Of a DNA stretch of 64,000 nucleotides, positions 56,731-64,000 are shown in pieces. Origin of the DNA: Nitrospirota bacterium (GTDB lineage Bacteria; Nitrospirota; Nitrospiria; Nitrospirales; Nitrospiraceae). Position numbers and translations under genes: made by a program. How positions within the stretch are numbered: position 1 is the stretch's first letter; every line of letters starts with the position of its first letter. The DNA is taken from contig CAVPBK010000004.1 of NCBI GenBank assembly GCA_963701855.1, positions 96,001-160,000 of the forward strand, written 5' to 3'. Below the pieces are notes generated by a model that searched no databases, had not been told where the DNA came from, and was given only the letters and a program-made list of their open reading frames with translations.

Positions 56731-57597
56731 TTATTGCCTATGAAGATCGCGATGAGCGACGGTCACTTGATATCCAAGCACTGAAAAACTTTCTTGGAGC
56801 CGGCCGGCAATCGCCACAGACCGATGACGTCCGCCGGTGCAGCCAATTCCAACATTCAAATAACTGCGGCGTTCTCGTTCGAAGAGAGGAATGAGGAATT
56901 TGAAGAGGCCTTCAAGCTGCCCAATAAACGCGACAGCGTCCGGATCGGCCAGCACATAGGTTCGCACCCGCGGGTCTTCTCCGGTCAATGGTTTGAGGTC
57001 GGGAACGAAGAATGGGTTCCGCAAGAACCGGACATCAAACAGGAGGTCGATGTCGTACGGTACACCGAACTTATAGCCGAATGTCGCTAGCGAGATAGTC
57101 AATCGGCGAAGCGCGCCCTCCTGCCTGAACTGCCTGACCAACAACTCTCGCAACTCATGCACCGTCATATCGGAGGTATCAATAATACGATCGGCGTGGC
57201 GCTGCAGATCGGCGAGACGCTCCTTTTCAAACCGCACCCCCTCCAGCACCGGAAGATGCGGCAGGAGTGGGTGCGGTCTCCGAGACTCCGAAAATCGGCG
57301 TACTAGTACCTCTTCACGAGCTTCAAAAAATATCAACTCAACCGCATGACCAAATGCTTTAACCCGCTCAAGAATCCCCACGACATCGGAAAAGAACACC
57401 CGTTCTCTGACATCAATACCGAGCGCGACATTCTTAATCTCCCCCCCCTGCTGATGGCACAACTCGACAAATTCCGGCAGAAGGGCTGGCGGAAGATTGT
57501 CGATGCAGAAATACCCAACATCTTCAAAGCACTTGAGTGCATGCGATTTCCCTGAACCAGAAAGACCGCTGATCACGACTAATTTGAGTGCAGCCAT
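56731..57597 (-). CDS. rapZ: RNase adapter RapZ (YhbJ/YvcJ)
   Basis: SGLSGSGKS, IDNLP, RRPHPL, FGYKFG, DVRFL.NP, GCTGGRHRSV. Confidence 0.96.
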   Translation of the reverse strand: MAALKLVVISGLSGSGKSHALKCFEDVGYFCIDNLPPALLPEFVELCHQQGGEIKNVALGIDVRERVFFSDVVGILERVKAFGHAVELIFFEAREEVLVRRFSESRRPHPLLPHLPVLEGVRFEKERLADLQRHADRIIDTSDMTVHELRELLVRQFRQEGALRRLTISLATFGYKFGVPYDIDLLFDVRFLRNPFFVPDLKPLTGEDPRVRTYVLADPDAVAFIGQLEGLFKFLIPLFERERRSYLNVGIGCTGGRHRSVAIAGRLQESFSVLGYQVTVAHRDLHRQ

Positions 57598-57610
57598 GCC
57601 CGCCTGTTCC

Positions 57611-58126
57611 TTATGGATCGATCAGGACCACTCGATCATGATCGAGGCGCTGTAGTATCTGCAACTTTCCAGAAGACAGGGCAGTGAATACCACCAATGA
57701 GCCAGGGAGAGGGTCTAGTTGGCGCTTCGCATCTTCCAAAGTCAGAACTGCCCGAACTGGACGAACGACTTCAATCTCTTCCTCCTCCTTACGAATAGCC
57801 TGGCGCAGAACCTTGCGAACTGATCTCTTGGCCGGTTCTTTATAGTCAGCCTGGCGTTCCTTGTGTTTTCGTATCTGGGCACCCAAGCGATCCACAAGCT
57901 GGTCGATCGTCGCGTACATTTCCCGCGTCGAAGCTTTTGCCTGAATTCGTCGCCCTTGCATTGCACAGACGACCTCCGCACTATGTTGAAGCTTGCTCAC
58001 ACCCAGAATCACTTCCAGATGGGTCAGCTTCACTTCATATCGCACGAGCCGCTCAAACCGACTTTCAATATGGTGTCTGAGCGCGGACGTGATAACGAGG
58101 TGTCGTCCTGTAATTTTCATAAACAT
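57611..58126 (-). CDS. hpf: Ribosome hibernation promoting factor (long HPF/RaiA)
   Basis: ITGRHL.IT.AL, MYATID...L..QIRKHKE; located after rpoN. Confidence 0.9.
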   Translation of the reverse strand: MFMKITGRHLVITSALRHHIESRFERLVRYEVKLTHLEVILGVSKLQHSAEVVCAMQGRRIQAKASTREMYATIDQLVDRLGAQIRKHKERQADYKEPAKRSVRKVLRQAIRKEEEEIEVVRPVRAVLTLEDAKRQLDPLPGSLVVFTALSSGKLQILQRLDHDRVVLIDP

Positions 58127-58253
58127 TCATCCTTTCTCGCTGAAAAGCCTCGGCCCTCTGCCATTCGACTATGCTTGTTAGTTCTGAGCATCAGTACCAC
58201 CAGGAGAGAAACCAGATAAGAGGCGCGTACACGCGCAGCTGGACAGGGAAGGT

Positions 58254-59765
58254 CTAAAAGAAACGCTTACGCTGAGTGGCGGATGGAATATGTTCTTCCG
58301 CCCGATACTTGGCCACCGTCCGTCGCGCGATCACAACCTGCTGCGTAAGCAGCCGCGCGGCAATCTCTTCATCTTTGAGAGGGTGGCTCGCATCTTCCTC
58401 CGCCACCATTTTCCGAATCATCTCTCTCACCGTCACGGACGACATCATGTCGGAGTGCTGGTCCGCTCGCTGCAAACCAGCATTGAAAAAGAACTTCAGC
58501 TCCAGCATTCCTTGTGGGCAATACATGTACTTATTTGCCGTCACACGGCTGATTGTCGACTCGTGCATCCCAATATCCTCAGCCACCTGCTTGAGCACCA
58601 ACGGTTTGAGATGCTGCACGCCCTTTTCAAAGAACTGCTCCTGAAACTTCACGATACTTGCCACCACCTTGACAATCGTTTTATTCCGCTGCTCAATGCT
58701 GCGAATGACCCATTGCGCAGCCCGCAGCTTTTCATCTAGATAGGCCTTTGTCTCCGCCGACCCGCTCTCCCCTCCCCCCATCAGTTGCTTATAGTACGGA
58801 CTGATTCTCATACGAGGCAGTCCGTCGTCGTTCAGTAGTACCACCCACTCCCCTTCATTCTTGACGACAAACACGTCAGGGACAATCACATAGTTCTGAG
58901 TGTTGGTAAACGGTCGTCCGGGCTTCGGTTCAAGTACTTCAATAACCTTTGTCGCCTGGAAAACCTCTTCTACTGTCACGTCTAAGGCTTTCGCGATCCT
59001 CGCATACTGTTTTTTCTCCAAGTCTTTGAGATGATGCTGAATGATGGCTTCAACGATCGATCCCTTCAATGCGCCTGGCCGAGCCCCTAATGACCCCATC
59101 GGACTCTTCCCCAAGTGTCCGACTTGTAAGAGCAGGCATTCCGCAAGATCTCGTGCCGCCACGCCAGTCGGATCAAAGCTTTGAATATCCTTCAGGACTG
59201 ACTCCGCTTCCACCTCAGGGAAATCGGTTCCCCCGACCATCTCTGCGAGAGACATGCGCAGGTACCCATCATCGTCAAGGTTACCGATGATCAACCGCCC
59301 AATTTCCTTTTCACGATCCGATAAACCAGAAAACGACAGCTGCCAGAGGAGATGGTCTTCCAGGGATGTGGCTTTCGCCATGGTTTGTTCATAGGATGGA
59401 AACTCGTCCTGCGAGGACGACCGAGACTCGGATCCGCCTATCCGACGATCACTCCCAAAATATTCTTCCCAACCAGCCGCTGAGGCCTCATCCGGTGTAT
59501 CTCGTTCTTCCGGAGTCGACTCCTCCGCATTCGATGCCTCACTGTCCGCCGATGCCGCAGCATCTTCCGCCTTTTCCTCTGCACTTCCGGCCTCGCTCTC
59601 TTCTGTCTCAGTGGGAAGATCTTCCAAGAGCGGATTCTCCATCAAATGCTGAGTGAGGCTCTGATGGAGCTCGAGTCTCGACAGCTGCAGCAGTTTAATC
59701 GCCTGCTGCAGCTGGGGAGTCATGATCAGCTTTTGACTCAGTCGAAGGTCGAGCCGGAGCTTCAT
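58254..59765 (-). CDS. rpoN: RNA polymerase sigma-54 factor
   Basis: MTPQLQQAIKLLQL, HESTISR, RpoN box ARRTVAKYR. Confidence 0.98.
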   Translation of the reverse strand: MKLRLDLRLSQKLIMTPQLQQAIKLLQLSRLELHQSLTQHLMENPLLEDLPTETEESEAGSAEEKAEDAAASADSEASNAEESTPEERDTPDEASAAGWEEYFGSDRRIGGSESRSSSQDEFPSYEQTMAKATSLEDHLLWQLSFSGLSDREKEIGRLIIGNLDDDGYLRMSLAEMVGGTDFPEVEAESVLKDIQSFDPTGVAARDLAECLLLQVGHLGKSPMGSLGARPGALKGSIVEAIIQHHLKDLEKKQYARIAKALDVTVEEVFQATKVIEVLEPKPGRPFTNTQNYVIVPDVFVVKNEGEWVVLLNDDGLPRMRISPYYKQLMGGGESGSAETKAYLDEKLRAAQWVIRSIEQRNKTIVKVVASIVKFQEQFFEKGVQHLKPLVLKQVAEDIGMHESTISRVTANKYMYCPQGMLELKFFFNAGLQRADQHSDMMSSVTVREMIRKMVAEEDASHPLKDEEIAARLLTQQVVIARRTVAKYRAEEHIPSATQRKRFF

Positions 59766-59784
59766 AGGCACACACCCTTACGCG

Positions 59785-60567
59785 TCATAGCTTGAATCGT
59801 TCTCCCAGGTAAACGGCGCGCGCCGTCTCACTCTTGACAATGGATTCTGGAGACCCTGCTTCAAGAATCAACCCTTCGTTGATAATGTAGGCCCGGTCCG
59901 TAATGGACAGTGTCTCCTGGACATTGTGATCGGTGATCAAAATGCCGATCTCTTTTTCTTTCAATCGAGAAATAATTTGTTGGATGTCGGCGACGGCAAT
60001 CGGGTCGATCCCTGCAAAAGGTTCGTCGAGCAACATGAATGACGGGCTCGTCGCGAGTGCCCTAGTAATTTCCAGCCGCCGACGTTCCCCACCTGACAAC
60101 GCATACGCCATGCTCGTTCGAATATGGCTGAGATCCAGTTCCTTGAGAAGGAGATCGACACGGTCGCGACGCTCTGACCGAGAATAGTTCAGCATTTCAA
60201 GAATTGCCAGAATATTGTCTTCAACCGACAAACGTCGAAACACTGATGATTCTTGGGGAAGATACCCTATTCCTTTCCGCGCACGTCTGTACATTGGCAG
60301 ATCCGTGATCACCTCTTCTCCGAGCAAGATCGCCCCTTCATCTGGCTGGCATAGACCGACGATCATGTCAAAAATGGTGGTTTTTCCAGCCCCATTAGGT
60401 CCCAGCAAACCCACGACCTCCCCAGCGCGGATTTCGATCGAGACGCCTTTCACAACCTTACGCGCACGAAAGCTTTTCACCAATCCCGTCGCGCGTAACC
60501 AGTCACCCTCTGCCCTGTTCACCGGGAAGCCAGTCAGCGACGCATTTCCCTGAATCGACTCGATCAC
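59785..60567 (-). CDS. lptB: LPS export ABC transporter ATPase
   Basis: [43 protein letters not shown]. Confidence 0.96.
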   Translation of the reverse strand: MIESIQGNASLTGFPVNRAEGDWLRATGLVKSFRARKVVKGVSIEIRAGEVVGLLGPNGAGKTTIFDMIVGLCQPDEGAILLGEEVITDLPMYRRARKGIGYLPQESSVFRRLSVEDNILAILEMLNYSRSERRDRVDLLLKELDLSHIRTSMAYALSGGERRRLEITRALATSPSFMLLDEPFAGIDPIAVADIQQIISRLKEKEIGILITDHNVQETLSITDRAYIINEGLILEAGSPESIVKSETARAVYLGERFKL

Positions 60568-61145
60568 TTAGTTGCCCCCCCATCCGGTTCAATCCGTACA
60601 TGCGAGCCTCCCTCCACTACGCTCCGATCCTCTGCCAAGAACATGGTGATTTGCTTACCGCTAACCCTTGTTCCCTTATCCCAGGCCACTGGGTCACCAG
60701 TCAGAACGATCTTATCCCCATCTTGGTAGTAGATGGCTTTCTCACAGGTCGCATTCCCTGAATCCTTTTCGATCTTTACTCGTCCGGTCGCCTCAATCCT
60801 GTTGACCGATCGACTCGACACAGTCGGCACGGCATCAGGCCCTTTCGAAGACGCAGCCCCCTTGACGGCCTCATGTCCTTTCTGATTATCGCCTGTGGAG
60901 GGATCGTGCGCGCGAAATAGCACGACCATGCGATCGGAATAGACAACCAACGACCCGCGAGTCAGTACAACCGCCCCTTCAAAGACCGCTTGGCTGTCCT
61001 GATTTTTTACAGTCATCTTCTTGGACGTAATGGTCGTGCTGACCGCTTGATCAACGCCGCCTTTGGGAATAGCAGCGTCAGCCGATTCGCTCAATGAAGC
61101 CATCCCAAGCGGGAACACATTAAGAAGCAGGAGCCAAATCCACAT
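60564..61145 (-). CDS. lptA: LPS transport periplasmic protein LptA (OstA family)
   Basis: Signal peptide; AVFEGAV.LTRG, IEATG.V.I, IVLTG.P; position between lptC and lptB. Confidence 0.88.
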   Translation of the reverse strand: MWIWLLLLNVFPLGMASLSESADAAIPKGGVDQAVSTTITSKKMTVKNQDSQAVFEGAVVLTRGSLVVYSDRMVVLFRAHDPSTGDNQKGHEAVKGAASSKGPDAVPTVSSRSVNRIEATGRVKIEKDSGNATCEKAIYYQDGDKIVLTGDPVAWDKGTRVSGKQITMFLAEDRSVVEGGSHVRIEPDGGATK

Positions 61146-61692
61146 GTACGTCCTCAAGCACTTCAAATTCTTCACGATCCAAATGTCCCAACAACCCGCG
61201 CCCCGTCACCTCTAAGCCATGCCCAACGATACGGACGGGATCTTGCGTACGGATCTCTCCTGTCTGATCAGTCCAAGCCAGATGGTTTGTGTAAATCACA
61301 TACCCACTCTCAGTACGAATCACGAGTGGTTCTGATCGGTTCGCAAGTACGAAGTTCTTCGTTTCCGTGTTCAATGTCCCTTCATCTCCGGTGACCGTCA
61401 ATTCCTTGCCCTGCTGGCCGAACAGTGTCACTGCGACAACTTGGAGCATTGCCCGTCTGTCCCGTTCAAAGAGCCGAGCCTCTTGCGCCTGCACCTTCCA
61501 TTGAACCGTATCGCCCTTCGTTTGGGTGAACGTAAACTGGGAGATCGTCGCATCAGCTCTGTCCATGGAGCCTGGCACCACTGCCGTTGGGGTGGGAACC
61601 GTTGTCGAATTGGTCACGAGCAAATACACGAGGAAACAGGCCAACACCGCACTAAGCGCTAACAAACCTCCTTGTGCCCAGCGTTGCCACAC
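61120..61692 (-). CDS. lptC: LPS export protein LptC
   Basis: N-terminal TM, W.VQAQEA, T..L.W, T.DPV.I.G..L..TG.GL; GTG start chosen downstream of the promoter. Confidence 0.85.
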   Translation of the reverse strand: MWQRWAQGGLLALSAVLACFLVYLLVTNSTTVPTPTAVVPGSMDRADATISQFTFTQTKGDTVQWKVQAQEARLFERDRRAMLQVVAVTLFGQQGKELTVTGDEGTLNTETKNFVLANRSEPLVIRTESGYVIYTNHLAWTDQTGEIRTQDPVRIVGHGLEVTGRGLLGHLDREEFEVLEDVHVDLAPAS

Positions 61693-61731
61693 TTTGTCCC
61701 TGCTCTCATTTTTGAGCAATATGAAGAAAAC

Positions 61732-61767
61732 TGGCACGATAGTAGCATGCACTTATTACCAAGTAAA
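61732..61767. promoter_or_regulatory. Sigma70 promoter (minus strand) of lptCAB-rpoN overlapped by an opposite-strand sigma54 site
   Basis: Minus strand: TTTACT-N17-TACTAT with extended TG. Plus strand: TGGCACGATAGTAGC (GG-N10-GC) at 61732-61746. Confidence 0.65.
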
Positions 61768-61816
61768 CTTATGCCGGAACCACGGCATGGGCTACTCGGG
61801 AAGATGGAGTCAATAA

Positions 61817-61837
61817 CCCCGCCCTTTCGGGACGGGG
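61817..61837 (-). terminator. Probable terminator after rplQ
   Basis: ccccgtccc-GAAA-gggcgggg followed by ttatt on the minus strand. Confidence 0.55.
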
Positions 61838-61930
61838 CTTCCTGGAAAATATTTATGGACGGGACTGGGAGAATTTGTCGAAGCGTTAACGCAGCGGCAC
61901 ACACGCGAATAGATCTCGCGGACAAGAGAC

Positions 61931-62353
61931 CTATCCAGCAGTGGGGCTCGCAGAGGCTGATGCAGCAGGCGCTTGTTTCTTTGTAGACACAGTTTCAGGC
62001 CGTGTAACGAGTTCGATCGCAACAAGCTTCGCAGCATCGCCGATCCGCCGTCTCGTCTTCACCATCCTCGTATAACCACCGGGGCGATCTTTAAATCGAG
62101 GCGCCACATCACTGAATAGTTTCGAGACGACGTCCTTGCTTCGGATAAATGCAAGAGCTTGCCGCCGAGCCGGCAATGTCCCCTCTTTACCAAGCGTAAT
62201 CATCCGGTCTGTGAACCCTCGAACTTCTTTCGCCTTGGCCTCAGTCGTCTCGATACGCTCATGCTCGAGCAGCGAAGTTACGAGACTTCGGAACAGCGCC
62301 CATCGATGTTTGGTCTGTCGTCCGAGCTGTCTGCCTTTTTTTCTATGACGCAC
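61931..62353 (-). CDS. rplQ: 50S ribosomal protein L17
   Basis: [27 protein letters not shown]. Confidence 0.98.
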   Translation of the reverse strand: MRHRKKGRQLGRQTKHRWALFRSLVTSLLEHERIETTEAKAKEVRGFTDRMITLGKEGTLPARRQALAFIRSKDVVSKLFSDVAPRFKDRPGGYTRMVKTRRRIGDAAKLVAIELVTRPETVSTKKQAPAASASASPTAG

Positions 62354-62370
62354 GGCTTCCCTCTTGTTTG

Positions 62371-63372
62371 TTACTCGCTCTTCGAACTACCGCTGATCTG
62401 CTGCACCGCATCCAGCTTCACCCCGAGTCCCAGGCCCATCTCCGTCAATATTTCCTTAATTTCGTTGAGCGATTTCTTGCCAAAATTCTTCGTCCTCAAC
62501 ATCTCTCCTTCGGTCTTCTGAACTAAGTCGGCGATAGTCTTGATATTTGCGTTCTTCAGGCAGTTTGCAGCACGGACAGACAACTCCAACTCGTTTACGC
62601 TACGGAACAGATGCTTATTGACCTCACGTTGCGCCTCATCGCTCCCAAGATCGGCACGCCCTTCGACCCGCTCATCGGGATTGATAAAGATATCGATATG
62701 ATCACGCAAAATGCTGGCCGCTGTGGACAAGGCATCGCGAGGCGAGATGGTCCCATCCGTCCAGATTTCCAAGGTCAATTTATCATAGTCGGTCATGCGA
62801 CCGACGCGGGCATTCTCCACATGAAAGTTCACGCGCTTGATAGGGGAAAATACCGAATCGATCGCGATTACACCAATCGGAAGCCCTTCTTCTTTATTTC
62901 GCTCGGCAGGCACATACCCACGCCCATGCTTTACCGTCATTTCCATATCGAACGAGGCATCCTTGTCCAACGTCGCAATGTGAAGATTCGGGGTCAAGAT
63001 GGTCACGTCTGCATCATGAATAATATCGGACCCCTTCGCTTCACCAGGCCCCTTCTTCTTGAGACGAAGCGTCTTCGGCTTATCAGTATGTACCGCGAGC
63101 CGTAGCCCTTTCACATTCAAAATAATGGAGGTCACATCTTCCGTGATGCCAGAAATCGTGGAGAACTCGTGCAGGACCCCTTCGATCTTCACGGTGGTCA
63201 CTGCCGCGCCCGTCAGCGACGACAACAGTACACGCCGTAATGCATTGCCGACCGTTGTCCCAAACCCACGTTCATACGCCTCCGTCGTAAATCTTCCGAA
63301 CGTTTGGTTATGCGTATCTTTGTCGACTTCCACCCGCATCGGGATCTGAAAGTCTTTCATCGCTTTAATCAT
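62371..63372 (-). CDS. rpoA: RNA polymerase alpha subunit
   Basis: [23 protein letters not shown], alpha-[23 protein letters not shown]. Confidence 0.99.
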   Translation of the reverse strand: MIKAMKDFQIPMRVEVDKDTHNQTFGRFTTEAYERGFGTTVGNALRRVLLSSLTGAAVTTVKIEGVLHEFSTISGITEDVTSIILNVKGLRLAVHTDKPKTLRLKKKGPGEAKGSDIIHDADVTILTPNLHIATLDKDASFDMEMTVKHGRGYVPAERNKEEGLPIGVIAIDSVFSPIKRVNFHVENARVGRMTDYDKLTLEIWTDGTISPRDALSTAASILRDHIDIFINPDERVEGRADLGSDEAQREVNKHLFRSVNELELSVRAANCLKNANIKTIADLVQKTEGEMLRTKNFGKKSLNEIKEILTEMGLGLGVKLDAVQQISGSSKSE

Positions 63373-63455
63373 GTCTCCCCCTTCATCTCATCGAGTAGCC
63401 AGCCACTGAACGGTACCAGTTCCCCGCAGAGACCGCCCCTCTCCCAATTCCGCAT

Positions 63456-64000
63456 CTACCTAGAATACAACTCCACCACCATCTGCTCATTCACCGGCAG
63501 CGAAATCTGATCTTTCGACGGCAGTGTCCGTACCATGCCTTTAAATGCCGGCTTGTCCAGCTCCAACCACTCTGGAATACCTCGTCCATCAACCGACTCT
63601 AAGGCCGCCTGGATTGAAATCAATGAGCGACTTCGCTCTCGAACGCTAATGATGTCACCCGCCTTGACCTGTGCACCAGGCACATTGATCTTCCGACCAT
63701 TCATGGTTAGATGCCCATGGCTTACCAGCTGCCTTGCTTCTTTTCGTGAAGCGCCGAATCCTAGTCGGTAGGCCACATTATCCAGTCGGCATTCCAGCAA
63801 CCGTAAGAGCACTTCGCCGGTAATGCCAGACTGCCGTTCCGCACGCTCAAACACACCACGGAACTGGCATTCCATTAGACCGTAAATTCTGCGCAGCTTC
63901 TGCTTTTCTCTGAGCTGGGTGCTGTATTCTGAGTTCCTCGGACGCTTTTGCCCATGCTGTCCAGGAGGATAGCTCCGTCGCTCGATGGCGCATTTCTCCG
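63456..64000 (-). CDS. rpsD: 30S ribosomal protein S4 (5' part outside the window)
   Basis: PPGQHG, QLREKQK, LECRLDNV.YRLGF, ARQLVSHGH, VVELYSR. Confidence 0.98.
   Translation of the reverse strand, partial: EKCAIERRSYPPGQHGQKRPRNSEYSTQLREKQKLRRIYGLMECQFRGVFERAERQSGITGEVLLRLLECRLDNVAYRLGFGASRKEARQLVSHGHLTMNGRKINVPGAQVKAGDIISVRERSRSLISIQAALESVDGRGIPEWLELDKPAFKGMVRTLPSKDQISLPVNEQMVVELYSR

Overview
This window looks like a Nitrospira-like (Nitrospirota) chromosome, inferred from a periplasmic chlorite dismutase resembling the N. defluvii enzyme and from the gene order. From left to right it carries: hypothetical, redox and methyltransferase genes; a ribBA-ribH-nusB-purB-cld-purC-purS-purQ-[Abi + TA cassette]-purL-purF run on the minus strand; a NarK-type MFS transporter; rpoH; groES-groEL; and a Cache-type histidine kinase with a single-domain response regulator. 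Next come two divergent half-GlnE genes, a GAF sigma54 activator, vapBC, and a nitrogen-assimilation operon (porin-amtB-PII-glnD-glnA). The right end holds two paralogous lipoproteins, nadE, a GAF-GAF-ANTAR regulator, aroB, pilMNOPQ, lptCAB-rpoN-hpf-rapZ and rpsD-rpoA-rplQ. Several genes have single-base frameshifts that look like sequencing indels. The most notable signals are: (1) an ANTAR-type RNA attenuator with two dual-hairpin sites in the leader of the porin-amtB-glnA operon, with a one-component GAF-GAF-ANTAR gene nearby; (2) GlnE split into divergent AR-like and ACT-fused AT-like genes; (3) a TA cassette bracketed by a duplicated purL 5' end, plus a ~180-nt rod-like fold-back upstream of an Abi gene; (4) two paralogous sigma54-promoter modules encoding unannotated ~30-aa membrane peptides; (5) an inverted sigma54 site over the sigma70 promoter of the rpoN operon; and (6) many inverted short-tandem-repeat hairpins and MITE-like repeats at gene junctions.
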